Positions 26,858 to 32,000 of a stretch of 32,000 nt of DNA are shown piece after piece. A model generated the notes under the pieces. It saw nothing but the letters and a program-made list of their open reading frames with translations, was not told where the DNA came from and made no database searches. Every line of letters begins with the position of its first letter. Within the stretch, counting starts at the first letter, position 1. The translations under genes and the position numbers were made by a program. Source of the DNA: Chloroflexota bacterium (lineage in GTDB: Bacteria; Chloroflexota; Anaerolineae; UBA4142); the NCBI GenBank assembly GCA_016219275.1, contig JACRBM010000076.1, forward strand, positions 18,255 to 50,254. Direction: 5' to 3'.

Positions 26858-27988
26858 ATGTTAAAACGATTACTTTACGTTGCCAGCACAGTTGCGATTG
26901 TCGCTGGTCTGTGGGGTTTGTCCGAACGTCTCATGTTCGGTCACGAAAGCGCCGCGTACGGCAGTTACGTCGTGTGGGGCTTTTGGGTGGCGATGTACTT
27001 GTTCTTCGTCGGAATTGCCGCGGGCGCGTTCATCGTCGCGACGCTAGACTATGTGTTCAACGTCGCGCTGTTCAAAGGCACGGGACGCCTCGCCTTGTAC
27101 CTGACCCTGATCACACTCGGCGCGGGCTTGCTCCACATCTGGTTCGACCTGGGACATCTGGAGCGTATTTGGAAAGTCTATCTGCAAGGCAGCGCCAACT
27201 CGGTGATGGCACAGATCGTGTGGGGGTACACGACGTTCGGGCTACTTTCGCTCATCGCGCTCATCCTGACGTTTCGTCCCGCGCAGGCAAAATGGCTCAA
27301 GGTCTTGATGGCGATAGGCATTCCGCTGGCGATCTTCCTGAGTGGCGCGGTCGGCGCGCTGATGGGTGTGCAAGCCGCGCGCGCGTTCTGGCACGTCGGC
27401 TTGTTCCCTGTCCAGTTCCCGTTCTTTGCGCTTGCATCGGGCGCTGCTGTGATGATGGGCGCGCTGGGCTTGTTCGGCGATCCAAAAGACGCGCGCTTGC
27501 CCCAGCAGTTGTGGGTGCTCGCGGTTGCCAGCATCGCGTTGCAAATCATCAAACTCTATTTCCTGTGGGCAGATTTTTCGCAGAGTTTGTACGGCGGCGT
27601 CCCGCAAAATGTCGCGGCAGTCAACGAAGTGATGTTTGGGCAATACTGGTGGGGGTTTTGGATTTTGCAAATCGGAATCGGTTCGCTATTGCCCCTCATC
27701 GTTTTGCTATTGCCGGGAATGGCACGGCGTCCGCAAATGGTTGGCTGGATAGGCGTGTGCCTGCTCATCGGCTTTGCCGTCGCGCGCGCTAACATCGTAT
27801 TCCCCGCGCTGACTGTACCCGAATTGGACGCGCTCATCTCGGCATTCCAAGACTCGCGTCTGCAGTTCGCCTATTTTCCCAGTGTGATGGAATGGGCGCT
27901 CTCTGCCGGCATCATCGGACTGGCGACTGCCGCGTTTTTGGTCGGCTATGATCGTCTGCCGCTTGCGCCGCGTGGGAGCGAGGCGTGA
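26858..27988 (+). CDS. NrfD/PsrC-family membrane subunit (TtrC-like)
   Basis: Multiple TM segments; GFWVAMYLFFVGIAAGAFIVATL, HIWFDLGHLERIWKVYLQG; between Fe-S and catalytic subunit genes. Confidence 0.88.
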   Translation: MLKRLLYVASTVAIVAGLWGLSERLMFGHESAAYGSYVVWGFWVAMYLFFVGIAAGAFIVATLDYVFNVALFKGTGRLALYLTLITLGAGLLHIWFDLGHLERIWKVYLQGSANSVMAQIVWGYTTFGLLSLIALILTFRPAQAKWLKVLMAIGIPLAIFLSGAVGALMGVQAARAFWHVGLFPVQFPFFALASGAAVMMGALGLFGDPKDARLPQQLWVLAVASIALQIIKLYFLWADFSQSLYGGVPQNVAAVNEVMFGQYWWGFWILQIGIGSLLPLIVLLLPGMARRPQMVGWIGVCLLIGFAVARANIVFPALTVPELDALISAFQDSRLQFAYFPSVMEWALSAGIIGLATAAFLVGYDRLPLAPRGSEA

Positions 27989-28025
27989 AACGTCAACTAG
28001 AGTGATAATGGGCGAATAAGGAGAA

Positions 28026-31000
28026 ATGAAAATGGATGACCAAAATAAAATTCTCGATAAACCGATTCCCGACATCACGCGCCGCGATTTTCTGAAAATC
28101 TCCGCGTTCCTCGGCGGCTCGGCGGCGATGGCGGGAACGTTGAACGTCGCGTGGGACATGATGACGAACTCGGCGGCAGCCGCGGCGGAGCAGGGGTATT
28201 CGCTCGCGAATCCGGCGAACATCATTTACAGCGTGTGCCAACAGTGCAACACCAACTGCGGCATCAAAGTTAAAATCATCAACGGCGTCGTTTCGAAAAT
28301 TGACGGCAACCCGTTCAACCCATTCACCTTGAATCCGCACCTGGCATACAAAACGACGATGGCGGAAGCCGCGACGATTGACGGCGCGGTCTGCCCCAAG
28401 GCGCACGCGGCGATTCAAACGACGTACGATCCGTATCGCCTGGTCAAGGTGCTCAAGCGCGCGGGCAAACGCGGCGAGAACAAATGGCAGACGATCGAAT
28501 TCGACAAAGCGATCGCCGAAATCGTCGAGGGTGGCAAACTCTTCGCGAACGTGCCGGGCGAAGAAAATCGCGCCGTGACCGGCTTGAAAGAAATGTACGC
28601 GCTCAAAGACCCCAAGGTTGCTAAAGCGATGGCGGACGCGCTGCCGCCCATCCTCGCAGAAAAAGACAAGGACAAGAAAAAAGCGCTCGTCGCCGCGTTC
28701 AAAGAAAAGTTCAAGAACGATCTCGACAAATTGATTGATCCCGATCATCCGGATCTCGGACCCAAAAACAATCAGTTGAATTTCTCGTGGGGACGCTTGA
28801 AGGGCGGACGTTCGGATTTCATCAATCGCTTTACGCGCGATGCGTTCGGCTCGACGAACGCGCACGGACACACGACCGTGTGCCAGGGCTCGCTGTACTT
28901 TTCCGGCAAGGCGATGAGCGAGCAATTCAGTGCGGGCAGTTTCACCGGCGGTGAAAAATTCTATTGGCAAGCCGACACGGAAAATGCCGAGTTCGTTTTG
29001 TTCGTCGGCGCATCGCCATTCGAAGGCAACTATGGTCCGTCGAATCGCGTGCCGCGCATCACGAATCGTCTCGTCACCGGCGAGTTGAAATTCGCGGTGA
29101 TTGACCCGCGCCTTTCGAAACTCGCGGCGAAAGCGTGGAAGTGGATGCCGAACAAACCCGGCACCGAAGGCGCGCTCGCGCTCGCGCTCATTCGCTATCT
29201 CGTCGAGAATAAAAAGTACGACGAGAAATTCCTTCGCAACGCGAACAAAGCCGCGGCGACCGCGAACAAGGAAGCGTCGTGGTGCAACGCGACCTGGCTT
29301 GTCAAGCTGGATGACAAGGGCGCGCCGACCGTGTTCTTGCGCGGCAGTGAAGCCGGCATCGCGACGAAAGAGACCGTCAAGGACAAGGACGGCAAGGACC
29401 TGAACGTTTGGAAAGCCGGCGATAAAGAATTCGCGTTCGATCCGCTCGTCGCGCTCGTGGACGGCAAGCCGGTCGCGCTCGACCCGAACGATGAAAAGAC
29501 CGCGGTCGTTGGCGATCTCGTCGTGGACGCGTCGGTCAAGGATTTCAAAGTGAAATCGGGTTTTGTGATCTTGACCGAATCGGCGAACGCGAACGAATTT
29601 TCCAAGTGGGCGGAGATCGCCGGCGTGAACGCGCGCGACCTCGAAGAAATTGCGCGCGAGTTGACGCAGCATGGCAAGAAAGCGGTGTGCGATATTCACC
29701 GCGGCGTGTCGCAACACACGAACGGTTTTTACAACGTGCTCGCGTGGAACAATCTCAATCTCTTGCTCGGCAATTATGATTGGAAGGGTGGGTTCGTGCG
29801 CGTCTCGACGTACGACGCGGCGGGCGCAAAAGCGGCGGGACCTTTCGATCTGGGCAAGATGGTGCCGAACAAACACAATCCGTTCGGACTTTCGATCATT
29901 CGCCACGACGCCAAGTATGACGAGTCCACGCTCTTCGAGGGCTATCCCGCGAAACGCAATTGGTATCCGCTCGCGTCGGACATTTATCAGGAACTGATTC
30001 CTTCGATGGGCGACGCGTATCCGTACCAAATCAAAGCGTTGTTTTTGTACATGGGTTCGCCGGTGTACTCGCTGCCGGCTGGCAACACGAACATTGACAT
30101 TCTCGCCGATCCGAACAAGATTCCGCTGTTCGTCACGAGCGACATCGTCGTCGGCGAAACGTCAATGTACGCGGATTACATCTTCCCCGATTTGTCGAAT
30201 CTCGAACGCTGGGAATTTGCCGGCTCGCATCCTTCGATGACGGTCAAGGTTCAACCGGTGCGCCAGCCGACCATCGCGCCGCTCATCGAGACGGTGAAGG
30301 TGTACGGGCGCGAAATGCCGCTCTCGCTCGAAGCGATGATCCTGGGTCTCGCAGAAAAACTCAACCTGCCGAATTTCGGTCCGCACGGTTTCGGCGAAGG
30401 CAAATCGCTGACGCACATGAACGACCTGTACGTGCGGATGGTCGCGAACCTGGCGTTCGGCGAAAAGAGCGACGGCTCGGACGGCGTGCCGGACGCGGAT
30501 GACGCGGAACAGAAATTGTTCCTCGACGCGCGCAAGCACTTGCCCAAGACGGTGTTCGACCCCGATGCGTGGAAAGCGCTGGTCGGCGACAAGTTGTGGG
30601 CAAAATTCGTCACGGTGCTGAATCGCGGCGGACGCTTCCAGGATTACGCGAAAATTTACGACGGCGACAAGGTCGCGAACAAGTACGGCAAACTGATCAA
30701 TCTATATCAGGAAAAGACCGCGAAACTGAAGCACGCGATGACGGGCAAACCCATCCTGGGTTATCCCACCTTCATCCCGCCCGGCATGGATGTCACGCAG
30801 AATCCCTTGCCGGACGAAGGGCAAGGATTCGATCTGTCGCTCATCACGTACCGCGAAATCTATCAAACGAAATCGCGCACGGCGACGAACTATTGGCTGT
30901 TGGCGCTTTTGCCGGAAAACTTTATCCTGATGAACGCGCACGATGCGGCGAAACGCGGCTTGCAGAACGGCGATCGCGTGCGCGTCGTCTCGGCGACGAA

Positions 31001-31304
31001 TCCGAACGGCGAATGGGATCTGAAGAATGGACAAAAAGTTCCCATCGTCGGCAAGTTAAAAGTTGTGCAAGGGATTCGCCCCGGCGTCGTTTCGTTCCCG
31101 CTCGGCTTTGGACACTTTGCCTACGGTGGCGTGGACGTGACGATTGACGGCGCGGTGGTCAAGGGCGACGTGCGCCGCACACGCGGCGTGCACGCGAACG
31201 CGGCAATGCGCGTGGATCCGTACCTCAAGAATACGACGCTCGTTGATTCGTTCGGCGGCAGCGCCGTGTTCTACGATACCAAAGTCAAAGTGGTGAAGGC
31301 ATAG
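28026..31304 (+). CDS. Tat-exported molybdopterin oxidoreductase catalytic subunit, TtrA/SrdA/ArrA-related
   Basis: [14 protein letters not shown]at signal, 4Fe-4S motif [43 protein letters not shown], 1092 aa; B-C-A gene order. Confidence 0.9.
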   Translation: MKMDDQNKILDKPIPDITRRDFLKISAFLGGSAAMAGTLNVAWDMMTNSAAAAAEQGYSLANPANIIYSVCQQCNTNCGIKVKIINGVVSKIDGNPFNPFTLNPHLAYKTTMAEAATIDGAVCPKAHAAIQTTYDPYRLVKVLKRAGKRGENKWQTIEFDKAIAEIVEGGKLFANVPGEENRAVTGLKEMYALKDPKVAKAMADALPPILAEKDKDKKKALVAAFKEKFKNDLDKLIDPDHPDLGPKNNQLNFSWGRLKGGRSDFINRFTRDAFGSTNAHGHTTVCQGSLYFSGKAMSEQFSAGSFTGGEKFYWQADTENAEFVLFVGASPFEGNYGPSNRVPRITNRLVTGELKFAVIDPRLSKLAAKAWKWMPNKPGTEGALALALIRYLVENKKYDEKFLRNANKAAATANKEASWCNATWLVKLDDKGAPTVFLRGSEAGIATKETVKDKDGKDLNVWKAGDKEFAFDPLVALVDGKPVALDPNDEKTAVVGDLVVDASVKDFKVKSGFVILTESANANEFSKWAEIAGVNARDLEEIARELTQHGKKAVCDIHRGVSQHTNGFYNVLAWNNLNLLLGNYDWKGGFVRVSTYDAAGAKAAGPFDLGKMVPNKHNPFGLSIIRHDAKYDESTLFEGYPAKRNWYPLASDIYQELIPSMGDAYPYQIKALFLYMGSPVYSLPAGNTNIDILADPNKIPLFVTSDIVVGETSMYADYIFPDLSNLERWEFAGSHPSMTVKVQPVRQPTIAPLIETVKVYGREMPLSLEAMILGLAEKLNLPNFGPHGFGEGKSLTHMNDLYVRMVANLAFGEKSDGSDGVPDADDAEQKLFLDARKHLPKTVFDPDAWKALVGDKLWAKFVTVLNRGGRFQDYAKIYDGDKVANKYGKLINLYQEKTAKLKHAMTGKPILGYPTFIPPGMDVTQNPLPDEGQGFDLSLITYREIYQTKSRTATNYWLLALLPENFILMNAHDAAKRGLQNGDRVRVVSATNPNGEWDLKNGQKVPIVGKLKVVQGIRPGVVSFPLGFGHFAYGGVDVTIDGAVVKGDVRRTRGVHANAAMRVDPYLKNTTLVDSFGGSAVFYDTKVKVVKA

Positions 31305-31327
31305 AGCGAATTCCGGTTTGGTTTATA

Positions 31328-31365
31328 GTATTGTAGAGACGTTGCATCCAACGTCTCTACAATAC
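31328..31365. repeat. Palindromic repeat downstream of the reductase
   Basis: gtattgtagagacgttg catc caacgtctctacaatac, perfect 17-bp stem. Confidence 0.85.
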
Positions 31366-31409
31366 CAACCGTAAATCAAGGTGGAATCTGCTCTAAGATA
31401 AACTGCATA

Positions 31410-31435
31410 CCTTCCAGGTTTCCAAACCTGGAAGG
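31410..31435. repeat. Hairpin sharing the CCAGGTTT core
   Basis: ccttccaggttt cc aaacctggaagg, perfect 12-bp stem. Confidence 0.8.
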
Positions 31436-31453
31436 AATAATTTTCAACGCCGC

Positions 31454-31491
31454 TGCCAGTCTCTTTCCTGGGACTGGCATTTTTATTTTTT
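31454..31491 (+). terminator. Rho-independent-like terminator downstream of the reductase operon
   Basis: TGCCAGTC...GACTGGCA followed by TTTTTATTTTTT. Confidence 0.75.
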
Positions 31492-31807
31492 GGGACATGT
31501 CCCCACGCCTTCTCCACATCGTGTTACCCAGGAACCTGGGAGACCTGGGATGCGATCAGTGCCCCGCATAGAGTGACAGTTCATTGGCGAGTGAGTTTTA
31601 CGTCGCTACCAAAACACGCGTTCCGTAGTTTGTACGGATGCGACCACTCGATTTATTTTCTATTTCTTCACCGAATTATTCCGCGTTGAAAATCCCAGTT
31701 TAGTACGCTTCCCCACCAGACCACCCGCCGCTATAATCGGTGCACTGATGCGCTGATAAATTATTGATCCATTTTTTTCCGAGATCAACCGGCATCCAGG
31801 TTGTCCA

Positions 31808-32000
31808 ATGTATTCCAATCCTTTACCCGCTTTACCAATTGAAACAGTCGAAGCGACCAAAGCCCTGTTCGGCAAAAAGAATGTGTATGTCATGATCGGC
31901 GATATGGCAGATTCACTGTTCGCGGATATTGACCTGGCATGCCTGTATCCGGAGGAGGGCATTCCCAAAGAGTTTCCTTATCTTTCTAGTCTCGTGCTCA
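31808..32000 (+). CDS. Truncated CDS at window edge, possibly the N-terminus of an IS1182-like transposase
   Basis: Open frame MYSNPLPALPIETVEATKALFGKKNVYVMIGDMADSLFADIDLACLYPEEGIPKEFPYLSSLVL; remembered resemblance only, not searched. Confidence 0.4.
   Translation, partial: MYSNPLPALPIETVEATKALFGKKNVYVMIGDMADSLFADIDLACLYPEEGIPKEFPYLSSLVL

Noticed and set aside
26911-27792. 293-aa plus-strand ORF overlapping the NrfD-like gene in another frame
   Set aside because: Arg-rich alternative-frame translation; the NrfD frame has clear TM segments.
27993-30029. 678-aa minus-strand ORF antisense to the molybdopterin oxidoreductase
   Set aside because: Shadow ORF in GC-rich DNA opposite a strongly motif-supported gene; its translation shows low-complexity Arg/His-rich sequence and no domain.
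28026-31304. Firm assignment as ArrA respiratory arsenate reductase because of nearby ars genes
   Set aside because: The B-C-A order, NrfD-like subunit and PhnD-like/kinase/regulator arrangement fit a ttr/srd-type locus better; substrate cannot be settled without phylogeny.
1-32000. tRNA or rRNA genes
   Set aside because: No tRNA-like cloverleaf or rRNA-like conserved segment was recognised by eye; a tRNAscan-SE and Infernal run would be needed to exclude them fully.

Overview
32 kb bacterial window with a Chloroflexota-like gene repertoire; taxonomy is inference only. Left part (about 1-14 kb): an FtsX/LolD-type ABC exporter with a divergent TetR regulator, then a LacI / aldo-keto reductase / metal-dependent hydrolase / Gfo-Idh-MocA cluster, then an Ldh-family dehydrogenase / D-2-hydroxyacid dehydrogenase / RraA-like cluster. 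Middle (14.4-21.5 kb), all on the minus strand: an arsenic/mercury island arsR - arsC - thioredoxin-like - permease - acr3 - arsR - arsM - hgcA - hgcB - small membrane protein - ECF sigma factor. hgcA has the diagnostic NVWCAAGK cap-helix motif and hgcB is a dicluster ferredoxin with CMECGAC and a C-terminal Cys, so this is a mercury-methylation gene pair placed 15 nt downstream of the arsenite methyltransferase gene. Right part (21.7-31.3 kb), plus strand: PhnD-like binding protein, sensor kinase, DUF4258/DUF2283-like pair, NarL/FixJ response regulator, then Fe-S subunit, NrfD-like subunit and Tat-dependent molybdopterin catalytic subunit in B-C-A order, resembling a tetrathionate-reductase-like (ttrSR-BCA) locus with a split sensor and a terminator-like hairpin in the operon leader. 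The window ends in a truncated CDS that may be a transposase. Several near-perfect palindromes recur between genes.
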